This document shows, piece after piece, positions 14,761 to 25,672 of a stretch of 64,000 nucleotides of DNA; the first letter of the stretch is position 1, and every line of letters starts with the position of its first letter. The DNA comes from Ophelia neglecta (Eukaryota), in NCBI GenBank assembly GCA_965285935.1, contig OZ260662.1, positions 21,390,001 to 21,454,000 on the forward strand, written 5' to 3'. The notes under the pieces are model-generated. The model was not told the origin of the DNA. It did no database searches and was given only the letters and a program-made list of their open reading frames with translations. A program made the translations under genes and the position numbers.

Positions 14761-15836
14761 CACCCCAGTCACACAGAGCCATCGGTGATAGATCGCTAGT
14801 TTTCTTAGCCAGTTTAGGACGGGAACCGATGCAAACCTATTGACCACCGACATCACCTATTGGTCGCCTGTTTTCCACCGATCAAATGTGATTGGGTAAA
14901 GATGACTTTCGTCGGGGAAAAACTACCGATTGGGATTTTTAAACGTGTTTAAAATTCTCGATCGGTGAAAACATCTTACAAATAACCGATTAACAACCTG
15001 TCTACAACCGATATCACTGATAGGCCACCGATAAGCCACCGATATGCCACCGATGAACTGATACTAACCACCGATGAAATAAGCTGAGAATAAAACTTGT
15101 TATAATTAAAATTAAAAAAAAAATGATTCTGGGAGATATAGGCGTTGCAATAGCTCGTCGAACTTTTCCGGAGTCATCCTCATGTAGTTCTGGAAGGAGC
15201 TGATGTCATCCTCCCTTCGCTCTACATGAATGGTGTGGTACTGCCCAAACTGAAGTATTTTATCCTCGGTTAACCAAGGTCTGGTCCACCATCTTCTTTG
15301 CCTCCTACGGCGCCGCCTTTGCTCGCCTATGGGCTGCTGGGCTACCCGGATGACTTGTCTGACATTGAGAAGAGCCTGCTGTTGCCAAACTGATGGATTA
15401 CCTTTCCATCCTCCATGATTTCAAGCGGCGAAATGTAAGATATTCACCAGTTTTCATCACTTATACATATTTTTTAATAAATGAACCGACAAACACCTTA
15501 AGAGATATGGAAGCTCTTTATCACCTATCTATCCCCGATCGGCCACAGATTACCACACATATCTAACCGACCATATCAGACGAAAAATGATTGGTGACTA
15601 CTGACTTGCTCCCAAACACCGATCGATCGCCGACATACCCGATATAACCTTGACTTACAAGCGATGATAACCGGTCATACCAGCAATGATTTTGACCGAT
15701 TGAACAATTATTCACCACCGATACCCAGTCACACTAAAAGTAAGAAAAGAAATCAATTATGACAACCGATGAGAATGAAATATCATTAGGCCGATTGGTT
15801 GCCGATTTAAGCCCGACCGTCTGTGTGACTGGGGCA
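14761..15836 (-). mobile_element. Internally deleted PIF/Harbinger DNA transposon
   Basis: TIR core CCCCAGTCACACAGA (14763-14777) and TCTGTGTGACTGGGG (15820-15834); flanked by TTA and TAA (TWA-type target, 1 mismatch); many subterminal (C)ACCGAT repeats; contains a transposase N-terminal fragment. Confidence 0.85.
15130..15417 (-). pseudogene. Harbinger transposase N-terminal fragment
   Basis: Manual translation: ...EQRRRRRRQRRWWTRPWLTEDKILQFGQYHTIHVERREDDISSFQNYMRMTPEKFDELLQRL, the typical RRxWVRPW...F.NY.RM...FDELL start of Harbinger transposases. Frameshifted from its ATG and truncated. Confidence 0.8.
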
Positions 15837-16118
15837 TAAGGGCATATTGTAACACGATGAGATGGTATTTCGTAATAAGAGCGCTTTTACTGTATTGTAT
15901 TGATTTGTGTTAAGTGTTGTATCGTAAGCAGTCGCGTGACTAATTTTGTCACAACTTGAGTTAAACATTTTTTCGTAGCGCCATTGTATACAGTTCTGCC
16001 AAAAAACCCAAATGTTCTTTGCAACTGCTGAAGTTCCTCTCATAATATCAACATATTGTAGCTCTTGTTAATTTTTGATAGCTAGTGCCATTTGGTGCAT
16101 TATCTGTTTACCTCCATT

Positions 16119-16333
16119 GTAATCAGTTATATTGTACAATAACACCTTTATGTCACTTTGTGTAATCAGTTCTATTGTAGAATATTACTTTTATGTTACG
16201 TTGGGTTATCAGTTATATTGTAGAATAATACTGTGTTGTCACGTTTGGTAATCAGTTAAATTGTGGAATAATACTGTGATGTTACCTTGGGTTATCAGGT
16301 TTATTGTAGAATAATAGTATTATGTCAGGTTGT
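16119..16333. repeat. 43-bp minisatellite, 5 diverged copies
   Basis: Unit approx. GT(A/T)ATCAGTTATATTGTAGAATAATACTxTxATGTxACxTTGx, tandem from 16119. Confidence 0.9.
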
Positions 16334-19300
16334 GTGTGATTAAGATTTGTTTGCTAATAAAACTGAAGTCAAGTTAATTTTGTTATAATATTTTGTACTT
16401 AAACAATTAGTTGGCAGGGTACGTACTTTTAAGGAATTGTACTTGTTAGCCAACTTAGCTAAGCTAGGTACTCTACCTCACAATGTACCGATAACTGGGT
16501 TTTGGCGCCTTTGCGATTTTTGTTTAATAGGTTTGTATTGGAGCCCCCTTGTTGGTCTTTCCGATATTAGACAAAAGTGCCCTTTCTTTTAGAGTGAGAT
16601 TGACATACAAATAATTGTATAGTTATAATCTAAAATAAATGAATAAGAATAATTAGGAAATATAGTTATGTCTGTACATGCAATACAGGTTTTGATGATT
16701 GTCCTGTCGGATGTTTCTTTTCATTTAAATTGTTCATCGGACAGGTTATCATAGAAATGTCAGTGCAAAGGACAATTTTCAACGAAGGCCATTAATCCAA
16801 ATGCACCTGTTGTACTAATACCACATAAAAGCTAGACTTACAACCAACGCATCGTTTGGCCTCAAGGAAGGAGTCTGGCTTTCCGTGTCGGCAAAAACTG
16901 GAAACAATAATTAAGCGCATGCTGGTTTTCTTTCCATAATGCGATATAATGGTAATCATATTAAGAAAAGGGAGCTGAAACGGCAATGCACACTTACGGT
17001 CATTAGATATAATCAGGTGAATATACGCGGTAGGTGGGCTGGGGAATGTAGTCTGGGTAATTTATGGATATATCAAGCCGCGCAGAGCTCTCCTCCCATA
17101 GTAGACCAGCATGTCACAAAAACTTACTAATATAACAATTTTAAGTTGTCCAAACTCTTGCTCAATTTATAGATGATCGAGAAATATAGTCTTTAAAACC
17201 CTACTTATCGTTTCTCCATAAGCACTTTGTTTTAACAAAAAGTGCTGCATTTATTTGCTAAACTTATTATTTCACAAGTTTGAAAAATTGGGCCATTCCC
17301 TTAAAATTATCTCATACAACAACCCCTACGATTTTAATCAAACACCAATTCAGGATAATATTTTACGACATCTTTCGTTCATTACAACGAATTCATTATA
17401 ACTTGTGATCTGAATCTTACTTGAATTTACTGGTTTCCAAAAGTACACATGATGCCATTCATATACTAATTCATAGCAGGATTTTAAAATGCAACAGAAA
17501 TATCTCAGCACTGCACTGCGAGAGGTATTGCGCCGTAGCCCGTTGTAACTTTCATGTCAAACCTGTGTGGATTCAAATTCGCAGTAAGAGCGTGCTACAA
17601 TATCTTAAAAATCTCGACTTAACTGAATCGTACACTGATCTAAAGCTGCGGCTGACAGAATTCAGAAAACGTTTGTTCTTAATATACATTACGGATTAAG
17701 AAATGTGAAGGCTTCCTGTTCACAATGCGTATGTCGAGGTTGCCATTGTTTTAACACATTAACAAACACTCTCACAAAATGAAAGATCTTATTTCACTTT
17801 TGATTCTCCTTGGTCATAGTTCTTCTCTGCTCTACGATGACTGCTGACTTGTTTTTTTATATTGTGACCTGCATCATGGACCATGGTTGGCCGCTTCTCA
17901 AAGGAAGTGATTACTAATGCTATTTTTGACATGCATCAATTCTTCACAATCTTATCTACCGAAACGGAAATGGGAACTTAGGTTGGTTGGTATGCAACTG
18001 TCGTTTTCCGATAATTTCGTGATGTTTTATTTGACTAGTGTCGATAAATGATATCGCTCTGTCTGCCGGGTACAAAGTCCCGTTTTACCTCTTAGATACT
18101 GAACTGATAATATTCACGCTTAGTCCGTGTTTGTTTCCGCTGTATTGTAGGTTCCGCTAAGGATGACAAGATATCCTAATTGTCATTCAGGACTCATTTC
18201 GCTTCGAAATTCGGGAATTTTCTGGAACCATCGGCCGCAAGCGCACAACAAATAATCCCCAGCATCTCATAAGAACATGCGTTTATAGTAAAATTTAATT
18301 AGTAATAATGAGAAGTTTTCCATGACACGCCTCAGAGTAAAAAAAACTGCCAGTTTGAAAGATAATATATTTTTCACAAAATCCGCCTGTAGCAATGACA
18401 AGGTCATGTGTCAACTATACACTGCAACAGAAATATAATCTGGCTTACATCTGTGGTTATCAGCAATTCCTCTGGGCCGTGTATCCAATTCAGTATTCTT
18501 ACAGCATCGTTTTACCGAGTGGTTGCTTGACAAATCATCTTATTTGAGATGTAATTCACTTTGTAGTCTGTACTCGGGTTTAGTGATCTCAAATAACAAA
18601 CAATATTCTCATATTACTGTAGCTCTGTATTTTTGCGCTGTTGTTCGATCGAATGCGGTATTTTGTATGTGCAGAAGGGCAGCAAGGTGTCCCTAGAGGA
18701 GTGATCATTATTGATTAAGAACGGTTAACATTTCACAGGAGACTTATCAGCCAACGGACGTCTCCATTCCAACCTTCACTGAACCCAGATAAAGAAGCCG
18801 AACTTTATTATTGAATATTAACATTTAATCATAAATGTCAGACAATATAAAAACACGATAGCTCATTATATCAACTAGTAATGTTGGTTTAATACTTTGT
18901 TCGAAAAAATATTTCACAATAGATGATTTCCTTGATGAAAACTGTGATCATCTGCTATTCCAAGAAATTTCGTATTTTTATCATAAGTATGATAAAGAAA
19001 AGGAAATATTTGCAATGACATTCTATGCGCTATTGCCCATTTTCTCCGCTTTCTATATAGATTGTTTACTCTTAAACCGATAATAAATGTGTGCTTATGT
19101 GCCTGTTGTACATTGCAGTATTGCCTTCACTTCTCGGAGGTACGCATTTTACTTTTATCGCTGAAATAAATGGCATGATCATATAAGGGCTATGCAGGGA
19201 TTTCGGAGTTCGGAGGGTACTTTGCTTTGAGAAAAAATACTAGACCGATTCATCCCATAGTAAAGTAGGAGCATTTTACCGTTAAATAACAAGAATAAAC

Positions 19301-20282
19301 ATTTATAAACAACAACGACATTTCTTTGAAGACAATTTATCGACATAACTTTGTCAAGACAAATGAACAGAGAGGCAACAAACAGTTTCTTTTATATGCA
19401 AGTAACCCAATAGGAAACATAATATTTCCCAACAAAACAGTAATCACACAAACTTTATTTTCCACTGAAAGGCATCTGGGCCTCGTATAACAAACCTTAA
19501 TGTGGTCTTGATTGTGACAGATGCCAGTGTGCCAACCACCCTGATTCCCTTCTCACAAATACGTTTATGTTGTTTTATAATGTGCCGACTACTATTTCAA
19601 ACATGGACGTCGTAAATCAATTTTGCTGTCACGCTACTTTGAAAGACGTTTTTGTTTAGTAAAATGCGGCTAATTTGCCGCATACTTTTCCGGTCTTTTG
19701 ATTGCCTACGCCTACAGTGTTATTTGGACTGAATGTCATAGGGTGGTTACGAAGAACAATGAAATCGTCGTAAAAATCATATTATCTGTTCACAGCTGCT
19801 TTGTGGTTAATTCGCAATACAATCAAAAGGACCGTGGTAATCGTATTTAGGTCAGTAGGGATTTCACACTATGTGCAGCTCAAGAAAATTGAAACAGCTG
19901 TGCTTAATACAATATCATTGGGTCTCTCGTAATCAACATATATATCATTTGGTTTCCGACTAATGCGCTGAAACCTTATCGGGGCAGTAAACCGTCCCCC
20001 ACCCCCCACCCCCATAGTGCTTATTTTTCGATTAACCACACACTTAACACACCTGTTTGTGCAATTCCAATCCTGCACATCGGGCAAAAATTATTGGCTC
20101 CGGCACATGCGTTGCCCAGATTGATGTCTTAAGATAATCTTCATGAGGTTATTGTTTGATGTGCTGGATGATAGATAGTTACACGCAGGAACAGCAGTCT
20201 TAATAACATTCAGTCAAATCAGTACATGATGTTATAGGCAGAACTAGGAGCTTAGAAAAAAACGATCTGGTTATTCAATGAG

Positions 20283-20769
20283 TTATTTTTCTCTCGAATA
20301 GGGAATTAATGGCTCCATCTGGTGGCCATTGTCTGTTGAAGGTACTGATGTCGTCTGCTGATATCGAGCCCAAAGTCCTAATACTTCGTGGCGAAAGAGA
20401 CGGTTAAAATACAGGTAAATGGGTCCATTTACTACCGAGTTGATATAGAGGCTGAACTCGTAAGCCCGGTCGTCTGCCTTATAAGGTCAGGGGATCTAGT
20501 ACAAAAACCATCATCATAATTGGGCCCTAACACACATTGTAAATTACAAATATCACTAGCAATTGTATAGCCAGTCGGATTTCATCTCTCTTGATTCTTC
20601 TGCTTCGACCATTAGAATTGTGTTGTCTAATGTTTTGCTTACTTTTACGAAACGCCTTGTATATTTGAACGTAGCAAAAGAATAAAATAATGCATACGAA
20701 ACCATATGTACCGATGATTATGACAATGTTTTAATAATAACTAAAGACGTTGCATATCATTTTTACGTC
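20283..20769 (-). pseudogene. Class A GPCR (melatonin-receptor-like) pseudogene, C-terminal half (ECL2, TM5-TM7, tail)
   Basis: Not in the ORF track. Manual translation: DVKMICNVFSYY*NIVIIIGTYGFVCIILFFCYVQIYKAFRKSKQNI...KRDEIRLAIQLLVIFVIYNVC*GPIMMMVFVLDP, then a frameshift to YEFSLYINSVVNGPIYLYFNRLFRHEV...REK*. Contains the CWxP position (W to stop) and an NxxIY TM7 motif. Confidence 0.85.
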
Positions 20770-21988
20770 GGTTGCACATCAGTGAGTCGCAATTACTCCG
20801 CAGTGCAGTGTACACACTGACCAGTGAGCCGTGCCATGAGTACAAATTGTATAGTATCCCAGGCACCTACCAACACTATTCTAAGCCACGTGTAATATTA
20901 TATTATAACGTATCCTATTATATTACACTATATCAGCATGGCTTCAACAAGGAAGGCAGCCTCCTCCAAAGAGGAGATCATGATATTATTAGATGACTTT
21001 AAAGAGCACGCACATATTTTGTTCTCCACCCTAAAGTCATCAGATACCAACAAAAAGAAGAACAATGTATGGGAAACAATTGTGAGGGAAATTAATGAGA
21101 AGGGGCTGCAGAATAGGACAAAACATGAGGTTAATCACCAATGGAAGGACCTCAAAACTACAGCAAAAAAAAGCTCTGTCCCATCGTAAGAACCCTAAGA
21201 CAGGCGGTGGTTCGTACAAAGAAGGACTTTACACCGATATCCTCCTAGATATCATTGGTCAAGACTCTCCCTGTCATAAACCTTTTTTTTTTTGCTGTGT
21301 ACCAAATATAAATATATTCAGATTTTCTAACCCAAATAACTGTTATTAATTATTTCGGCATTAATTATATATTTTTGTACGAACCCTACGACTGAACTTG
21401 AATACGCTCCGATGCTAAATGAAAAGTGAATCTTCTACATTTTTTGTATATTAATGCCCTATCCGATTCCATTTCTTATTTGAGCAAGCGATATACTAAA
21501 TAAAAAGTTATTATCTTAATTGACCCACACACCGACCTGATAATTCTAGTGGAAAAAGTTTAAATATTTTAATAAAAATTATTGTCTTAACGTTACCCTG
21601 AACTTATCCTTTGTGTCTGGGATATAGCCAGCCTGTTGTGGGAGATAAACATATTGCCTTAAGCGCCTATTATTGCTTGATATCATCGTAGATATCTAGA
21701 GGGTTTCTTCTATCTCGAACAACACGTTCTCTGCGCATTGTCCTTCTGTATGGATTGTCTATGTCCAATAAATGAACTATGCTGGCCATATTGTCAGTTT
21801 ATTATTGCTATTTGCCATTGGCCGATCATATAACGCCTGCTTCGGACTAGACGTTGATTTTGCGACGGTAATCTCCAACTTTAAGACGTTTACGTCGCAT
21901 CAAATGTTTGGTGCAACAGGCGTAAGACGTTAACGTCGGACTTTATCTTAACGCCTCACTAGCGACCCAGTGGTGCAACAGGGCCCAG
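20769..21988 (+). mobile_element. Non-autonomous Harbinger derivative carrying the Myb/SANT accessory gene
   Basis: Right end ...TGGTGCAACAGGGCC|CAG with subterminal TAAGACGTTxACGTCG repeats; degenerate, terminally clipped left TIR CGGTTGCACATCAGTGAGTCGC at 20769 resembling the reverse complement of the right end; internal Myb/SANT ORF. Confidence 0.7.
20938..21275 (+). pseudogene. Myb/SANT-like (Myb_DNA-bind_5 type) DNA-binding protein, Harbinger ORF2, frameshifted and truncated
   Basis: MASTRKAASSKEEIMILLDDFKEHAHILFS...KKKNNVWETIVREINEKGLQNRTKHEVNHQWKDLK; continues after an A-run frameshift as ALSHRKNPKTGGG, matching the W...RT..EV..KW.DLK...TGGG pattern. Confidence 0.8.
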
Positions 21989-22154
21989 AATTCCAGTCAG
22001 GGGTGGCCCAGGCGTGCGGAACATATCATCCGAGGTGGCCATTGAAAGCGCACAGGCCGTGGATAGTACTTTCAATTCAAAACAAATTCATCCAAACAAT
22101 GTCAATTTGATATATTTGCCCACCCCATAAACTGCTTATATTATTGACAATCCC

Positions 22155-24890
22155 ATGAGTGTTGAAAAACTGTCTATGTGTATTTTTAACTCGAGGTCAG
22201 TTAGGAACAAAGAGACACTTATCAACGACCACATTGTGTCCAATGATCATGACATTGTTGCTATAGCTGAAACCTGGCTTCGCCCAAATGATGTGGATGC
22301 AGTGACAATAGGGAATATTTTGCCAGCAGGCTATAGTATTTGCCACCAGCCACGCATGTCAGGAGGTGGTGGGGGTGTAGCTATTATCCATAAAGATGGT
22401 GTTAGTATTCAGAAAAAAGACACTCATATATTTAAGTATTTTGAATTACTTGATGTAACTTTTAAGTCTGCTTCACTAATCCGTATCATAGTTTTGTATA
22501 GACCTCCACCATCAGCTAAAAATCAACTTACTGTGAACGGGTTTCTTCAGGAGTTTAGTGGCTTTTTGGAGTCGCTTGCTGCAGCTCCTGAGAAGATTGT
22601 TGTAGCTGGAGATTTTAACTTCCATGTTGGTGACAGTAATGATACTAATGCTTAAAATTTTCTTGAACTGTTAGCTTATTGCAATTTTGTATTGGGTTTG
22701 GTATGCTCAAAGTCAGAGGACAATATCATCAACAATTTACATGTGTCTTGTCCAATGTCAGACCACTTTGCTATTCACCTATCCCTTGATATAGGCAAGC
22801 CAAAAAATGAAACAAAGGTAGTAGCTTTTAGAAAGCTAAAATTTATGTGAATATAAATCAGATACATGTGAATATAAACCACATGTCCATTCATCCTCTC
22901 TTGCCTCTGTGTTTGAGGAATCTGTTGACTTAAACCAACTGTGTGAGGAATATGATTCAGTTTTAAAGTCCATTTTGGAACATGCCCCTGTCAAGAGCAA
23001 GAGAATTATTGTCCGGCCTGAGTCGTCGTGGTACAATGATACAATTCGTAATGCAAAGCATACTTGAAGAAAATTTGACCGCCTTTGGCGTAAAACAAAA
23101 CTGTCCATTCACCAGGAAATGTACAACGCTCAGGCCAACATTGTGTCTGCTCTGGTGGAGGATGCTAAAGCTAAATATTACACTGAGAGGGTACAGGAAA
23201 AGCCTAAAGATCAAAAAGCATTGTTTAATGTCATAAACTCTCTCCTCCATCGCAACAAAGAATCTCCGTTGCCCAGTCACAGCTCTGTTGGAGAGCTTGC
23301 AAACAGATTCTGCTAATTCTTTTCGGATAAGGTAGAAAAGATTCAGACCGACTTTAACCTGGTTCGCAACTATTGTCAAATTCCTCTCGGCCGAGGGGGT
23401 AAATTCGCTAGTGCCGTGCTTGATGTCTTTGAACCAGCCACATCTGATGAAGTAAATGTAAGTCAATTATAATAAAATCTCCTTCCAAATCATGTGAGTT
23501 CCTGACAGCTTCAAAAGTGCAAGACTTCGACCATTGCTTAAAAAAGTCCAACCTCAGTAAAGAAAAGCTCAAGAATTTCAGACCTGTTTCTAACCTTTCT
23601 TTTTTATCTAAGGTCACTGAAAGGGCTGTGGCTACTAGACTCATGGCTCATATTAATGACAATGGTATGGGTGAAATATTCCAGTCGGCCTATAAGCCAA
23701 TGCATAGTGTTGAAACGGCACTGCTCAAAGTGCAAGACGATATCCTCAAGGCCCTTGATGAAAAGAAGGGCACATTACTGGTCTTATTGGATCTCCCAGC
23801 GGCTTTTGATACTGTGAATCACAGCGTGTTACTAGACCGCCTGTGTAATAGGATTGGCGTCCAGAATGCGGCTCTTGCCTGGATTAAATCCTACATGTCG
23901 GACAGAACTCGGAGTGTGACTATCAGCTCTGTCACCTCAGAGGCTAGTACCCTGTCTTGGGGTGTCCCACATGGCAGCGTTTTAGGACCACTCCTGTTTA
24001 CCATTTATACATTACCACTAGGTGATATACTTAAGGAATATGATTCATTGTTTCATCTATATGCGGATGATACGAAGCTTTATTGCTCATTCAACCCTAA
24101 AATTGGGGGTGGCGCTTTAGCAGCTCTTTCTGGCATGGAGAATTGTGTTGAGTCTGTCAGACTGTGGATGGCAAGGAACTTTTAAAAGTTGAATGATGAC
24201 AAGACAGAGTTCTTAGTTATCCAGCCTAAATCATTTTTAGATGTAAAAGGGTTACATGACACAGTGAAAGTCGGCCAGACTTCTATAGAGGCTTCCCCTT
24301 CCGCTAGAAATATTGGGGTTGTCTTTAAGTCAAATGGGTCATTAGATAAGCATATCAGTTTGGTCTGTAGATCTGCATTCTATCAGTTAAGGAACATACA
24401 CCGTATCAAGAAATATTTGTCACAAGAAGCCCTTATCACAATTGTACGTGCCTTTGTCACTTCTAAGATTGACGGCATGAACTCTCTGTATGCAGGTTGA
24501 CCTGGCAATGTTACTCACAGACTGAGGCGGGTGTTGAATGCTGCTGCCAGGATGATCACAGGTACTCACTATCGAGCTCATATAACTCCAGTGCTTAGTA
24601 GACAGCTTCATTGGATACCTGTGGTTTACAGAATCCATTTCAAAATCTGCCTACTAGCCTATTTGGCGGAACTGTTAACCCCTTATCGATCAGTGAGGTG
24701 TCTTCGCTCGAATAATAAAAACGTGTTGGTTTTACCAAAGGTGCGTACATGCTTATATGGTGAGAGACGGTTCTCACATGTCGCACCGGTTCTGTGGAAT
24801 GCCCTTCCAGAGGAAACAAAAGCAGCTTCCACAGTAAACTCTTTTAAAATCAAACCTAAAACCCATTATTTTAGATTAGCTTTTGATTGA
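22155..24890 (+). pseudogene. L2 ORF2 (APE endonuclease + reverse transcriptase), multiple stops, frameshifts and deletions
   Basis: FNSRSVRNK, AETWL, LYRPP, GDFN (APE); NFRPVSNLSFLSK, LDLPAAFDTVNH, GVPHGSVLGPLLF, YADD (RT); LHWIPV...APVLWNALP...KTHYF (L2 C-terminus). Confidence 0.92.
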
Positions 24891-25101
24891 TTCTTTTTTC
24901 TTTTTAATTTTTTATCAGTCGCAATATATTGGCAACTTAGATTTTAATGGTGTATTAAATACTTAAAAAACTTCCTTATTGTGCCAATTGATCTTTGCAT
25001 TGTGATAAATGTACGCCTAAACTTATTGTGCCATTTCTTTATATTGTACAGCGCCTTGAGCAGTTGTTTTTACTGGATATGTGCGCTTTATAAGAAATAA
25101 A

Positions 25102-25111
25102 ATTATTATTA

Positions 25112-25163
<52 letters not shown>
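25102..25163. repeat. (ATT)n microsatellite, the L2 3' tail
   Basis: About 20 ATT units directly after the L2 3' UTR. Confidence 0.95.
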
Positions 25164-25672
25164 GTAAAGAAGTGAGTTTTGTACTGTGGGTGACAAATGC
25201 TAACATATCGTGTACCGTCGATGGCTCCCATAAACGACATTGAAGCGAAGCCATTCACAATGATAATAAATGCGTAAATGTCACATAAGACGCCCCTGTA
25301 TGCATCATGCCCTCGATTGGACAGAATCGCACTTATTGGAGGGAATGATTGGACGAGGAGCACGAAATCGGCAACGGCCAGGTTCATTATGAAAACATTC
25401 TGAGGACTCCTGAGCTTTTTGCGGATCAGATAGGTGCTGAATATGACTAAACTTGAGAACAGTCCGACGGTTCTAACAAATGTCGTCTGAGCGATGGCTG
25501 CCGGTACAGAGGAATGCTCGACTACGGGTGAGCTTCCATTCGCGGTGAATGGCGGACGGGTCGTTAGACAAACGTACGTTCTACCCCGGTCCGCATCGTG
25601 AACATATCCCCTAGAAAACTTGGATTGAGGTAGTTCTATGAGTCTCGTCTCATTAAATGCAACTGCGTTCAT
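25160..25672 (-). pseudogene. Class A GPCR (melatonin-receptor-like) pseudogene, N-terminal half (N-terminus, TM1-TM3)
   Basis: 170-aa ORF with KKLRSPQNVFIMNLAVAD (TM2), LCDIYAF (TM3 Cys) and TRYVSICHP (cf. melatonin receptor NRYxxICH). Ends at a TAA supplied by the L2 tail. A splice acceptor (ttttttttattttcag) lies upstream near 25776. Confidence 0.88.

Larger units (their letters stand above)
21989..25163 (+). mobile_element. L2-clade LINE, 5'-truncated and decayed
   Basis: APE and RT fragments in order, L2-type 3' end (AGCGCCTTGAG...GCGCTTTATAAG) followed by an (ATT)n tail. Confidence 0.93.

Noticed and set aside
16119-16333. CRISPR-like array
   Set aside because: Head-to-tail repeats without unique spacers, no cas genes, eukaryotic context.
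25039-25254. Poly-Asn ORF
   Set aside because: Translation of the (ATT)n L2 tail on the opposite strand.
25160-25672. Opsin assignment for the GPCR (LRSPQNVFIMNLAVAD looks opsin-like)
   Set aside because: The recovered TM7 has Tyr, not Lys, at the retinal-binding position, and the other motifs fit melatonin-receptor-like GPCRs.
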